Positions 10,426-22,785 of a stretch of DNA of 64,000 bases are shown here, in pieces. Positions within the stretch are counted from its first letter, which is position 1. Every line of letters starts with the position of its first letter. This DNA comes from Candidatus Latescibacterota bacterium (GTDB taxonomy: Bacteria > Latescibacterota > UBA2968 > UBA8231), in contig OZ242214.1 of assembly GCA_965206595.1 (NCBI GenBank), positions 5,632,001 to 5,696,000 of the forward strand, read 5' to 3'. Both the position numbers and the translations under genes were made by a program. The notes beneath the pieces were generated by a model that worked only from the letters and a program-made list of their open reading frames with translations, ran no database searches and was not told where the DNA came from.

Positions 10426-10890
10426 CTACTCGACCGGGGCTCCGGCCTCGACCCAGGCTTCGACCAGAGCGATCTCCTCCGGCTCGAGAGCCCTCGCCGG
10501 GGGCATGCGGTCGCCGGCGATCCTTTCGTCTCCCCGGACCTTCATCAACAGGTACGAGTTCACCGGGTCGCCCGGTGCGATGAGCTGGTAGTCCGGCCTG
10601 GCGGCGCTGGAGACGCTGACGATCTGCGCGATATCCTCGCCCCGGAGCGACAGGTTGGCGGCAGGGTTGTTCCCCCCGTGGCAGCCGGAAGTGGCGCATT
10701 GCGGGGTGAAGATCTCATCGCTCAGGCGGGCAAGGGTCACTGGCTGATCGCCGTCGCCGCCAGATGACTCCCCATCGGTGGTGCCGTTCGGACCTACGGA
10801 GGAGTCCTCCCCCGAGCACCCCCAGGCCAGCAGTACCGCGGCGAGGCCGCGGTGTAGGAGGGAAACTGCGTGCCTTGTTCCGGATTTCAT
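10426..10890 (-). CDS. Lipoprotein with a c-type cytochrome-like domain (CxxxxCH)
   Basis: Lipobox LLAWG-C; IFTPQCATSGCHGG; PGDPVNSYLLMKV...RMP...WVEAGA tail like planctomycete-type cytochrome c domains. Confidence 0.65.
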   Translation of the reverse strand: MKSGTRHAVSLLHRGLAAVLLAWGCSGEDSSVGPNGTTDGESSGGDGDQPVTLARLSDEIFTPQCATSGCHGGNNPAANLSLRGEDIAQIVSVSSAARPDYQLIAPGDPVNSYLLMKVRGDERIAGDRMPPARALEPEEIALVEAWVEAGAPVE

Positions 10891-11034
10891 CTGGTTTCCC
10901 CATCTGGTGAAGCAGGGCCGTGTCGTCAGGACATCCCCTCCGGTGCGAATCACAACGGGTGAAGGCGGAAGAAAGCCTCGCCGGCAGTTGCTGACGCTCT
11001 TTCGAGTACCAGAAGCGAAATCAATTTCCTTCTC

Positions 11035-12003
11035 TCACTTCTCGGTCTCCTTCGGCTGCGCCGACTTCCACCCGCGCCTGGGACCTTTGGGCCTGGTGCG
11101 CTCGTAGCGCTGCCGGATCTCGGTGAACTCCTGCCACTCGCTCACTACCGACTCGGGGTGGGCCCGGCTCTGGAGGACGAAATCGGCCTCGGGCGGGTAG
11201 CAGGCGATCTGTTCGTTCTGCCTGCCGGGATCGAAATCCGCGGGCAGCTCGCCGACGTTGTTGGGCACCCTGGCCGACTGGTAGCGGACGTCGACCGCCC
11301 AGCGCACGATATCGACGTTGTGCTGCGTCGATGAGTGGGGGGTCAGGTTGGTGAGAAACAGGACGCCTCCGACAGGCACAGGCACGGTCACCGGTTCCGC
11401 TGGCGGCAGGTCGGGATCGGTGATGACGAGGTAGCCTCCCGGACCGTTGGTGTGGTGGCGGGACACGCCGCGTCGGTGGCAGCGCGGCAGCACCCGCAGG
11501 CAGCCGTTCTCGGGGGTCGCGTCGACCAGCGGAATCCAGCAGGTGACGATCAGCTCGCCGTCGCAGTGGGGGCTGAAGTATCCCGAGTCCTGGTGCCAGG
11601 GGACGGCCCCCCGGTTCCATTCCGGTATCTTGGGGCGGATCCGGTAGACGGAGGAACCGACGATCTCCTTGCCGACCAGCGATTCGATCTTCGCCAGGAT
11701 CCTGGGATTGCGCACGAAGTCGAAGAACGCCGGACCGCTGTGGCCGCCGCCCCCCTTGCCCATGATCGCGCCAATGATTTCCGGCGCCTCCCTGAACACC
11801 CGGGTGAGCCGGCGTTCGAACGGCTCTTCCTCGTACAGGCGGCTGAGCTTTCCCTCGGCCTGCAGCTCGAGCGCCCTGGCGTGGATGACCTCGGTGAGCT
11901 CGTCGCGGAGGGGCTGGATGTCCTCCGGGGCGAACACGTCGGGAACCATGACGTACCCTTCGTCGAGGTACTGCTCGACCTGTGCTTTCGTGAGACCTTG
12001 CAT
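11035..12003 (-). CDS. PhyH family dioxygenase
   Basis: QYLDEGYV, PWHQDSGY, WIPLVDATPENGCL, LTPHSS. Confidence 0.92.
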   Translation of the reverse strand: MQGLTKAQVEQYLDEGYVMVPDVFAPEDIQPLRDELTEVIHARALELQAEGKLSRLYEEEPFERRLTRVFREAPEIIGAIMGKGGGGHSGPAFFDFVRNPRILAKIESLVGKEIVGSSVYRIRPKIPEWNRGAVPWHQDSGYFSPHCDGELIVTCWIPLVDATPENGCLRVLPRCHRRGVSRHHTNGPGGYLVITDPDLPPAEPVTVPVPVGGVLFLTNLTPHSSTQHNVDIVRWAVDVRYQSARVPNNVGELPADFDPGRQNEQIACYPPEADFVLQSRAHPESVVSEWQEFTEIRQRYERTRPKGPRRGWKSAQPKETEK

Positions 12004-12172
12004 CAGTTTCCTTATCTCCGGGAATGAATTGCCTCAAAATAACCGGGGCGGAGCCGTGCCGGCAACCGGGAAAAACCGCTTGCCCGGGTATCGCATCGAG
12101 TCTCTTTTTTGTCCTCCGGTTCGGCGCGGTGGACCGGCTTGGAAATCTGCAACCCGTACCTCGGCGAACGAA

Positions 12173-12550
12173 ATGGCGATGAACAGCAGACAAGCGGAAC
12201 TGACCGAGACTCTCGTGGGCAACCTGAAGAACGGCGCCTTGACCGAAGAGGGTCTGCGCGCCGGCATCGCCGCGGTCGCAGCGGCCAACGGAACCCGCCA
12301 GGACCTCCTCTACCTGCACTGCGGATCGACTTCGCCGAGTTCACCCGTGCAGGGGATCTCCCTTTTCGAAGGGGGGCGCCAGCAGGAGTTGAGCGCCGAC
12401 CCGGAGGAGTGGCCGTACGAGTCGGTGCTCGACGCAATCGCCAAGGGCTGGCGGGTGATCTCCTTCCCCGACATGTCCCTTCTCACCCTGAGTGCCGATG
12501 AGTTCCACGGCCTCGGGTTCCTCTTCGTCCTCGAACGGTGGAGTCAGTGA
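12173..12550 (+). CDS. Hypothetical protein (about 125 aa), coupled to the downstream PhyH gene
   Basis: 3' part of ORF 11669-12550 (MAMNSRQ...RQDLLYLH...WPYESVLDAIAKGWRVISFP); host-like codon usage; GTGA overlap with the next gene. Confidence 0.65.
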   Translation: MAMNSRQAELTETLVGNLKNGALTEEGLRAGIAAVAAANGTRQDLLYLHCGSTSPSSPVQGISLFEGGRQQELSADPEEWPYESVLDAIAKGWRVISFPDMSLLTLSADEFHGLGFLFVLERWSQ

Positions 12551-13398
12551 GGGCAGCAACCGGCGGCAGGACCCACGACTGCGAGCCGACCCTGACCGAC
12601 TCGCAGATCCTCGAGTTCTGCAAGAACGGGTACCTCCTCCTCGAAGGGGTGGTGCCCGGGGAAGTCAACCGGAGGGTGAGGGAGTACCTCGAAGCCGATA
12701 CCTACTACGAGCCGACAGGGATTCTAGGCGAGGACTGGTTCCTCGAGGGGGTGATCTGCAACCGGGAGGCGGCCGGTGCGGTGCGCTCCCTGCTCGGCGC
12801 CGGCTTCCACGTCCCGGTGCTGATGAGCAACCACAGGGTGACCGGGCCGTATCCGGCGACCAGCGGCTGGCACGTCGACGGCAACTCCTTCTGGGGCCCG
12901 GAGCTCAACTACCTTCAGGTCTTCTATTACCCGCAGGACACCCCGGCCGAGGCGGGGCCGACCGAGGTGCTGCCCGGCTCCCACCTCATCCACAACAAGG
13001 CCCGCTTCATGGGCCACTTGAACGCCATCCGCGGCGCCGTGTCCACCACCGCCCCGGAGGGTTCGATTTTCCTGACAGCGTACCAGATCTGGCACCGCCG
13101 CGGCGGTTCGACGACGAATAGGCTGCGCAACATGCTGAAGTACTTCTACTGGCGCACCGCATCTCCGAAGCGCGACTGGATCCGCGAGCCCGGCTTCGAT
13201 TTCTCCACCGCCGGCTACGGGGGTCCTTCAAGCCAGTTCGTCGAACAGTTCCGCGGCGACTGCAAGACCGCGGAGATGTTCCTGTGGCTGTGCGGCTGCC
13301 ACGAGTTCTACCGGAATCTCGGCGGCCAGAGCTGGCCGCTGCCGGGCAATCGCAACGAATTGCCGTACGGATTCCCGGATGAACTTGCGGCGCGCTGA
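12547..13398 (+). CDS. PhyH family dioxygenase
   Basis: LTDSQILEFCKNGYL, WHVD, GPTEVLPGSH, IWHRR. Confidence 0.9.
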   Translation: MRAATGGRTHDCEPTLTDSQILEFCKNGYLLLEGVVPGEVNRRVREYLEADTYYEPTGILGEDWFLEGVICNREAAGAVRSLLGAGFHVPVLMSNHRVTGPYPATSGWHVDGNSFWGPELNYLQVFYYPQDTPAEAGPTEVLPGSHLIHNKARFMGHLNAIRGAVSTTAPEGSIFLTAYQIWHRRGGSTTNRLRNMLKYFYWRTASPKRDWIREPGFDFSTAGYGGPSSQFVEQFRGDCKTAEMFLWLCGCHEFYRNLGGQSWPLPGNRNELPYGFPDELAAR

Positions 13399-13416
13399 TC
13401 CGGGGGTGCCTTCCCA

Positions 13417-14517
13417 ATGACCGACATCGCCGGCTACAACCTGCCCTTCGACAGCCGCGGCGCCCCGGCTCACCGCGGCCGCGCCACCGTCCTCAACACG
13501 GCCAACCGCTTCGAGCCGCTGCATGTCGAGCTCGATCCGGTCGAGCCCGACAGCGAGGAGGCCGAACGGCCTGCGGCGCGCACCCGGTACTTCGTCGACA
13601 GCAGCCGCTCTGCCCTTTCCGCCAACGACAGTCCCGACCTCGGCTTCCGCTTCAGCATCAACCCCTACCGCGGCTGCGAGCACGGCTGCATCTACTGCTA
13701 CGCCCGCCCGAGCCACGAGTACCTCGGATTTTCCGCGGGCCTCGACTTCGAGACGAAGATTCTGGTCAAGGAGAACCTGCCCGGGCTGCTGGCCGCGGAG
13801 TTCCGCCGCAAGTCCTGGCAGCCCCAGACCGTAGCCCTGTCGGGCAACACCGACTGCTACCAGCCGGTCGAGCGCAAGCTCGGGATCACGCGCCGCTGCC
13901 TGCAGACCTTCCTCGAGTTTCGCAACCCGGTCACCATCATCACCAAGAACCACCTGGTCACCCGCGACCTCGACCTCCTCGTCGAGCTGGCGGCCCTCGA
14001 CCTCGTGCACGTCACCCTGTCGATAACCAGCCTGCGGCCCGAGCTCACCAACATCATGGAGCCGCGCACCTCGCGGCCGCAGCGGCGCCTGCGGGCCATC
14101 GAGCAGCTCGCCGCGGCCGGAGTGCCGGTCGGAGTCAACGTCGCCCCGCTGATACCGGGGCTCACCGACCACGAGGCGCCGGAAATCCTGAAGGAAGTGG
14201 CAGCTTGCGGAGGCCGCTGGGCAGGTTTCCAGATCGTCCGCCTGCCGGGTGCAGTCGCCCCCCTCTTCCTCGACTGGCTGAAGCGGAATTTTCCCGGGCA
14301 GGCGGAAAAAGTGGCCGGCAGGATCGAGAAAATCCGCGGCGGCCGCATCAGCGATTCCCGCTTCGGCACCCGCTTCACCGGGGAGGGGGAGCTCGCCGAC
14401 CTGACCAGGAGCCTGTTCGAGATGGCCCGGCGCAAGCACGGGCTCGACGGCGACGACCACCGGCTGACCACCGGCCACTTCCGCCGCGGCGGCGGCGACC
14501 AGTTGGAGTTGTTCTGA
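13417..14517 (+). CDS. PA0069/Rv2578c-type radical SAM protein (SplB-like, putative DNA repair)
   Basis: SINPYRGCEHGCIYCYARP (CxxxCxxC), SGNTDCYQP, EPRT; C-terminal QLELF. Confidence 0.9.
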   Translation: MTDIAGYNLPFDSRGAPAHRGRATVLNTANRFEPLHVELDPVEPDSEEAERPAARTRYFVDSSRSALSANDSPDLGFRFSINPYRGCEHGCIYCYARPSHEYLGFSAGLDFETKILVKENLPGLLAAEFRRKSWQPQTVALSGNTDCYQPVERKLGITRRCLQTFLEFRNPVTIITKNHLVTRDLDLLVELAALDLVHVTLSITSLRPELTNIMEPRTSRPQRRLRAIEQLAAAGVPVGVNVAPLIPGLTDHEAPEILKEVAACGGRWAGFQIVRLPGAVAPLFLDWLKRNFPGQAEKVAGRIEKIRGGRISDSRFGTRFTGEGELADLTRSLFEMARRKHGLDGDDHRLTTGHFRRGGGDQLELF

Positions 14518-14833
14518 GACCAGGGGTAGCTGCGTATCCAGGAAGTGCACGATCAATACAACGGTCCGTTGAACAAACGCATGGTCGAAGAGGGTGACGA
14601 GCTGATTTGGGAGAAGGCCGGGGTCTGTGAATTCCGGATGAACGAAAAGCGAGGTCATTCCAAAAACGGAAGCCCGGCAACACGAGTCGTTGAGAAGCGG
14701 ATTTACGTGCCCTTGGCCTCAGGCCAGGGATGGGGAGCGGTAAATAGATGAGGCCAATTCCCTTCAAGGATGGTGTCAATTTTCAAATGACTTCCGTACT
14801 ATGTGAGCCCCCATGACGATTGGAAAGGGTTTC

Positions 14834-15841
<1,008 letters not shown>

Positions 15842-15978
15842 GGCCTCCGATGCATCTCGAGGGGAAACAATCGCGGTCCCAACCCAAACCGGTCATCTGG
15901 GCGTTTTTCCCCCTCGATCCCTACTCGGTGCCCTCCTCTGGCGCGAGAAGCCTTGCGGGAAAGCACCAGGACTGAACG

Positions 15979-16896
15979 ATGACCACGGCGACCGCCGGCA
16001 GGGCGGACTCCTTTCTCGATCCCGAAACCGTGTCCGGACTGGGACGTCTCGACCTGATCGCCCGTCTCGTCGTCGAGGGGTTCATCACCGGCCTGCACCG
16101 GTCTCCCTACCACGGGTTCTCGGTCGAGTTCTCCGAGCACCGGCCGTACATGCCGGGCGACCCGATCCGCGATCTCGACTGGAAGGCCCTGGCCAAGACC
16201 GACCGCCTGTACGTCAAGCGCTACGAGGAAGAGACCAACCTCAAGGCCTATCTCCTCGTCGACGCCAGCGGCTCGATGGCCTTCCGGGGGGCCGGGGCGA
16301 TCAGCAAGTTCCGCTACGGCTGCTGCCTGGCAGCGGCCCTTGCCTACCTGATGCTGCGGCAGCGCGACGCCGTCGGCCTGACCCTGTTTCGCGACCGCGC
16401 CCTGGCGCACGTGCCGCCGCGGTCGGTGCAGAGCCACCTCCACGTAATGCTGACCCAGCTTGCCCGCGCCGAGCCCGAGGCCGACACCCGCACCGCCCCG
16501 GTACTGCACGACCTCGCCGAGCGCCTCTCGCGGCGGGGGCTGGTCATCCTGATATCCGACCTCCTCGACGACCCCGAGGAGATCCTCGGCGGCCTGCGCC
16601 ACTTCTGCCACCGCGGCCACGAGGTGATCGTCTTTCACCTGCTCGACCCCCGCGAGCGGGACCTCGACTTCCGCCGCGGCGACACCCGCTTCGTCGACCT
16701 CGAGGATCCTGAGCAGCAGTTGCGAACGCAGCCCTGGCACATGCAGGCGGATTACCAGGAGATGATGAACCGGCTGCTCGACCGCTACCGACGCGGTTGC
16801 GCCGAAGCCGGCGTCGACTACGCCCTCATCGACACGGCGACCCCCTTCGACGCCGCCCTGTCCCGCTACCTGGTGCGCCGGAAACGCCTCGGATAG
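15979..16896 (+). CDS. DUF58 (vWA-like) MoxR partner protein
   Basis: GLHRSPYHGFSVEFSEHRPYMPGD, DWK, YEEET, LVDASGSM, LISD. Confidence 0.92.
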   Translation: MTTATAGRADSFLDPETVSGLGRLDLIARLVVEGFITGLHRSPYHGFSVEFSEHRPYMPGDPIRDLDWKALAKTDRLYVKRYEEETNLKAYLLVDASGSMAFRGAGAISKFRYGCCLAAALAYLMLRQRDAVGLTLFRDRALAHVPPRSVQSHLHVMLTQLARAEPEADTRTAPVLHDLAERLSRRGLVILISDLLDDPEEILGGLRHFCHRGHEVIVFHLLDPRERDLDFRRGDTRFVDLEDPEQQLRTQPWHMQADYQEMMNRLLDRYRRGCAEAGVDYALIDTATPFDAALSRYLVRRKRLG

Positions 16897-16953
16897 CGTC
16901 CCGTCCCGACGATATCCACCCTCGGTCCGACTCTTTCAGGGGGGCGGCTCCTT

Positions 16954-16985
16954 AATCTTGACATTTTTTTCAAGATTCTTAGGTT
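16954..16985 (+). promoter_or_regulatory. suf promoter with an Rrf2/IscR-like palindromic operator
   Basis: AATCTTGA-N8-TCAAGATT (16954-16977) overlapping TTGACA (16958-16963); candidate -10 TAGGTT at 16980-16985. Confidence 0.65.
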
Positions 16986-17076
16986 CACAAGCCGTAACTC
17001 GCCGATTTACAGAAACTAACGTCCCCTTTACAGGCAGCGCCGCGGGGGTTGTCCGCCCCCCGGAGGCGGCCAGAGG

Positions 17077-18572
<1,496 letters not shown>

Positions 18573-18576
<4 letters not shown>

Positions 18577-19343
18577 CGGCGATGCTCGCAATCGAGAACC
18601 TGCACGCCAGCGTCGCCGGCACCGAGATCCTGAAAGGGGTCGACCTCGAAGTCGCCGCCGGGGAGATCCACGCCATCATGGGGCCGAACGGCTCCGGCAA
18701 GTCGACCCTGGCCCAGGTGCTGGCCGGCCGCGAGGAGTACGAGGTGACCGAAGGTTCGGTCACCTACTGCGGCAGCGACCTCCTGGAGATGGAGCCGGAG
18801 GAACGCGCCCGCGAGGGGCTGTTCATGGCTTTTCAGTACCCGGTGGAAATCCCCGGGGTCAACTCCGCCTACTTCCTGCGCACCGGGCTCAACGAGATCC
18901 GCAAGCACCGCGGCGAGCAGGAAATCGACGCCATCGACTTCCTGACCCTGGTCAGGGAGAAGCTCGAGCTCGTCGAAATGGACGAGAGCTTTCTCAGGCG
19001 CCCGGTCAACGAGGGGTTCTCCGGAGGGGAGAAGAAGCGCCACGAGATCCTGCAGCTCGCCGTCCTCGAGCCGAAGCTGGCAGTGCTGGACGAGACCGAT
19101 TCCGGCCTCGACATCGACGCCCTGCGAGTCGTCGCCGACGGCGTCAACAGGCTGCACGCCCCCGAAAAGAGCGTCGTCCTCGTCACCCACTACCAGCGGC
19201 TGCTGCAATACATAGTGCCCGACGTCGTGCACGTGCTGATCGACGGCCGCATCGCCCGTTCCGGGGGCAAGGAGCTCGCCCTCGAGCTCGAGCGGAAGGG
19301 GTACGAGTGGGTGCGCAAAGAGACCGCCGAGGCCGGGGCATGA
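18573..19343 (+). CDS. sufC: Fe-S cluster assembly ATPase SufC
   Basis: [43 protein letters not shown]; ATGA overlap with sufB. Confidence 0.97.
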
Positions 19344-20695
19344 GCCGGGCGAAACGGCAGCCCCAGGATCGCCGTGAGTGGTACCTCGACTGCTTCCGGG
19401 AGTTCGAACAACGGCTCAACGGCGGTGTCCAAACCCCCTTGCACGCTCTGCGCCGGGAGGCGGCCGCCCACCTCGCCGAGCACGGGCTGCCGACCAGCAG
19501 GGACGAGAGCTGGCGTCACTCCAACCCGCAGCTGGTGACGCGGGTTCCATTCTCTCCCAGCGCCGCCGCGGGAACGGTGCGCCCGGCCGATATCGAGCCG
19601 CACGTGCTGGAAGGGGCCGCGGCGCGGCTGGTTTTCGCCGACGGCCGCTTCGTTCCCGGGCTGTCGCACACCGACCGGCTGCCCCCGGGGGTGCAGGCAG
19701 TGAGCATCGCCGAGTCCATGCGCGGCGGCGGCAGCGGCTTCGCCGCGGAGATCGCCCGCCACGCCGGCAACGGCGTCTCCGGGTTCGCCGCCCTCAACAC
19801 CGCCTTCGTCGAGGACGGAGCGTCCCTGCGTATCCCGGCGCGCACCGGGATCGAGGGCCCTGTTCAGATCCTCTACGTGTCGACCGGCGCAGGGGACGGC
19901 CCGGTGGCCTCCTTCCCCCGCACCCTCGTCGTCGCCGAAGAGGGAAGCAGCGCGGCCGTCGTCGAGTCGTTCGTCGGCAGCGGAACCGTTTCCGGCAGCG
20001 CTTCCCGTCTCACCAACGCCGTGTGCGAAATTCTGCTGGAACGCGGCAGCAGCGTCGAGCACTGCACCCTCCAGCAGGAGGGGGACCAGGCGAGCCACGT
20101 CGGCCTCCTGCACGTTACCGAGAGCCGGGACAGCCGCTTCACCTCGACCAGCGCCTCCCTGTCGGGCCGCTTCCTGCGCCGGGACGTCGTCACCCTGCTC
20201 AACGGGGAGGGAGTCGAATCGACGCTCAACGGGCTCTACCTCGGCGCCGGCAGCGAGCATATCGACAACTTTACCACGGTGGAACACGCGCGGCCCGACT
20301 GTGTCAGTCACGAGCTCTACAAGGGGGTTCTCGGGGATTCCTCCACGGGTGTGTTTCGCGGCAGGATTTTCGTGCATCGAAGCGCCCAGAACACCGACGC
20401 CTACCAGTCGAACCAGAACCTGCTGCTGTCGGACGACGCCGACGTCACCTCGCAGCCGCAGCTCGAGATCTACGCCGACGACGTGCGCTGCAGCCACGGT
20501 TCGACCGCCGGCGAGCTGGACGAAGATGCCCTGTTCTACCTGCAGGCGCGCGCCATTCCTCGAGCCGAGGCGGTCAGCGTGCTGGCGCGGGCATTCTGCG
20601 GCGACGTGGTCGACCGCGTCGGCCCGGATCAGCTGCGGGCGCACCTGCGCGCCCTCGCCGACGCCAAGGTCGAACGCCTGATTTCCGGGGGATAG
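19340..20695 (+). CDS. sufD: Fe-S cluster assembly protein SufD
   Basis: FAALNTAF, ELYKGVL, GVFRGRIFV, PQLEIYADDVRCSHG, LFYLQARAI; ATGA overlap with sufC. Confidence 0.95.
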   Translation: MSRAKRQPQDRREWYLDCFREFEQRLNGGVQTPLHALRREAAAHLAEHGLPTSRDESWRHSNPQLVTRVPFSPSAAAGTVRPADIEPHVLEGAAARLVFADGRFVPGLSHTDRLPPGVQAVSIAESMRGGGSGFAAEIARHAGNGVSGFAALNTAFVEDGASLRIPARTGIEGPVQILYVSTGAGDGPVASFPRTLVVAEEGSSAAVVESFVGSGTVSGSASRLTNAVCEILLERGSSVEHCTLQQEGDQASHVGLLHVTESRDSRFTSTSASLSGRFLRRDVVTLLNGEGVESTLNGLYLGAGSEHIDNFTTVEHARPDCVSHELYKGVLGDSSTGVFRGRIFVHRSAQNTDAYQSNQNLLLSDDADVTSQPQLEIYADDVRCSHGSTAGELDEDALFYLQARAIPRAEAVSVLARAFCGDVVDRVGPDQLRAHLRALADAKVERLISGG

Positions 20696-20699
20696 AGGG

Positions 20700-21947
20700 A
20701 TGGTCATTCAGGCGACGGTAGCCAGCGATCAGCTCAACGTCGAAGCGGTGCGGCGCGACTTCCCCATCCTCGCGCGGCGCGTGCGGCACAAGCCCCTCGT
20801 CTATCTCGACAACGCCGCGACGTCGCAGAAGCCGCGCTCCGTCATCGCCGCGGTGTCGCGCTACTACGAGGAGGAGAACTCCAACATCCACCGCGGCGTC
20901 CACCGCCTGTCCCAGGAGGCGACCTTCGCGTACGAACGCGCCCGCGGGCGCATCGCGCAGTTCCTCAACGCCGGAAGCAGCGAGGAAATCGTCTTCGTTC
21001 GCGGCACCACCGAGGGGATCAACCTCGTGGCATCGAGCTTCGGGCGCGCCCGGATCGGGGCCGGCGACGAGGTGCTGATCACCCAAATGGAGCACCATTC
21101 CAACATCGTGCCGTGGCAGATGGCCTGCAGCGAGCGCCAGGCGACTCTCAAGGCCGCCCCCATCGACGACTCCGGTCGCCTCGACATGGATGCCTTCGCG
21201 AACCTGCTCTCGGAGCGCACCCGCATGGTGGCGGTCGCCCACGCCTCGAACGTGCTCGGGACGATCAACCCTGTCGCCGAGATCGCCCGCCTCGCCCACG
21301 AGCGCGGGGCCGTCCTGCTCGTCGACGGTGCCCAGGGCGCACCCCACCTTCCCGTGGACGTGCGCGACCTCGACTGCGACTTCTACCTGTTTTCCGGCCA
21401 CAAGCTCTTCGGTCCGACCGGCGTCGGGGTGCTCTACGGCAAGCGGGAGCTGCTCGAGGCCATGCCCCCTTGGGAAGGTGGCGGCTCGATGATCGAGTCG
21501 GTCAGCTTCGAGGAGACAACCTTCGCCGAGCCGCCGGCCAGGTTCGAGGCCGGGACCCCGAACATCGCCGGCGCCCTGGGGCTCGAAGCGGCCATCGACT
21601 ACGTCAACGAAGTCGGCGCCGAACGGATCGACCAGTACGAGAGGAGCCTGCTCGCCTACGCCACCGAGAAGCTGGCGGATGTCGAGGGGCTGCGGATCTT
21701 CGGAACCGCGCCCGACAAGGTCGCTGTCATTGCGTTCGAGCTGGCCGGGGTTCACCCCCACGACACAGGCACGATCCTCGACCTCGAGGGGGTGGCCATA
21801 CGCACCGGCCACCATTGCGCGCAGCCGCTGATGGCCCGCTTCGGGGTACCGGCGATGGCGCGCGCCTCGCTGGCCTTCTACAACACCCGCGAGGAAGTCG
21901 ACGTGCTGGCCGGGGCCCTCGCGTCGGTGCGCTCGGTGCTGGCATGA
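20700..21947 (+). CDS. sufS: Cysteine desulfurase SufS
   Basis: YLDNAATSQKP, EHHSN, SGHKLFGPTG (PLP lysine), RTGHHCAQP (catalytic Cys). Confidence 0.97.
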   Translation: MVIQATVASDQLNVEAVRRDFPILARRVRHKPLVYLDNAATSQKPRSVIAAVSRYYEEENSNIHRGVHRLSQEATFAYERARGRIAQFLNAGSSEEIVFVRGTTEGINLVASSFGRARIGAGDEVLITQMEHHSNIVPWQMACSERQATLKAAPIDDSGRLDMDAFANLLSERTRMVAVAHASNVLGTINPVAEIARLAHERGAVLLVDGAQGAPHLPVDVRDLDCDFYLFSGHKLFGPTGVGVLYGKRELLEAMPPWEGGGSMIESVSFEETTFAEPPARFEAGTPNIAGALGLEAAIDYVNEVGAERIDQYERSLLAYATEKLADVEGLRIFGTAPDKVAVIAFELAGVHPHDTGTILDLEGVAIRTGHHCAQPLMARFGVPAMARASLAFYNTREEVDVLAGALASVRSVLA

Positions 21948-22426
21948 TGGAAGAGCTAAGGGAGCTGTACCAGCAGGTCATCCTCGACCACAACCGCAAC
22001 CCGCGGAACTTCGGCCGGATCGCCGGCGCCAATCGCCGGCAGGAGGGGTACAACCCGCTGTGCGGCGATCACCTGCACCTTCACCTCCAGGTCGCCGAAG
22101 GGGAGGGCGGGGACGCCGTGATCGAGGACATCTCTTTCGAGGGCTCCGGCTGCGCCATTTCGAAGGCGTCGGCGTCGCTGATGACGGAAGCCCTGAAAGG
22201 CAGCTCCGCGGCCGCGGCGAAGCAGCTGTTCGAGCGCTTCCACAACCTGGTCACGTCCGACCCCGAGACCGCCGTCGATACCGGCGGCGTCGGCAAGCTG
22301 GCTGTGTTCGCCGGGGTGCGGGAGTTTCCGATGCGGGTGAAGTGCGCGACCCTGGCCTGGCACGCGATGATGGCCGCCCTCGAGGGCCGCGGCTCCCGGG
22401 AAGACCGGGCGCCGGTCAAGCGATAA
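21944..22426 (+). CDS. sufU: SUF system NifU-family sulfur transfer protein SufU
   Basis: LYQQVILDH, NPLCGD, GCAISKASAS, RVKCATL. Confidence 0.95.
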   Translation: MMEELRELYQQVILDHNRNPRNFGRIAGANRRQEGYNPLCGDHLHLHLQVAEGEGGDAVIEDISFEGSGCAISKASASLMTEALKGSSAAAAKQLFERFHNLVTSDPETAVDTGGVGKLAVFAGVREFPMRVKCATLAWHAMMAALEGRGSREDRAPVKR

Positions 22427-22444
22427 CTACGGAGTGAGTGAAAA

Positions 22445-22771
22445 ATGCAGAAGGAATACCCGACCGACAGCGTCGAGGAGAAAGTGGTCGCCGTCCTCAA
22501 GACCTGCTACGACCCGGAGATCCCGGTCGACATCTACGAGCTGGGTCTGATCTACGACATCAGCGCCGACGAGGCCGCCAAGGTCCACGTGACCATGACC
22601 CTGACCTCGCCGGCCTGCCCGGTTGCCGGAACCCTGCCTCCCGAGGTGCAGCAGAAGATCGCGGACAGGGTCGACGAAGCCTCGGGCGCCGAGGTCGAGG
22701 TCGTCTGGGATCCTCCCTGGAACACCGACATGATGTCCGACGCGGCCAAGCTGGAACTGGGCATGTTCTAA
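22445..22771 (+). CDS. DUF59 / SufT-like Fe-S assembly protein
   Basis: DPEIPVDIYELGLIY, MTLTSPACP, WDPPW. Confidence 0.92.
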   Translation: MQKEYPTDSVEEKVVAVLKTCYDPEIPVDIYELGLIYDISADEAAKVHVTMTLTSPACPVAGTLPPEVQQKIADRVDEASGAEVEVVWDPPWNTDMMSDAAKLELGMF

Positions 22772-22785
22772 CCAGGAGAGCGGCG

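Noticed and set aside
14545-14751. 68-aa ORF in a lower-GC patch between the radical SAM gene and moxR
   Set aside because: May be a foreign gene scrap, but there is no recognisable motif or convincing RBS.
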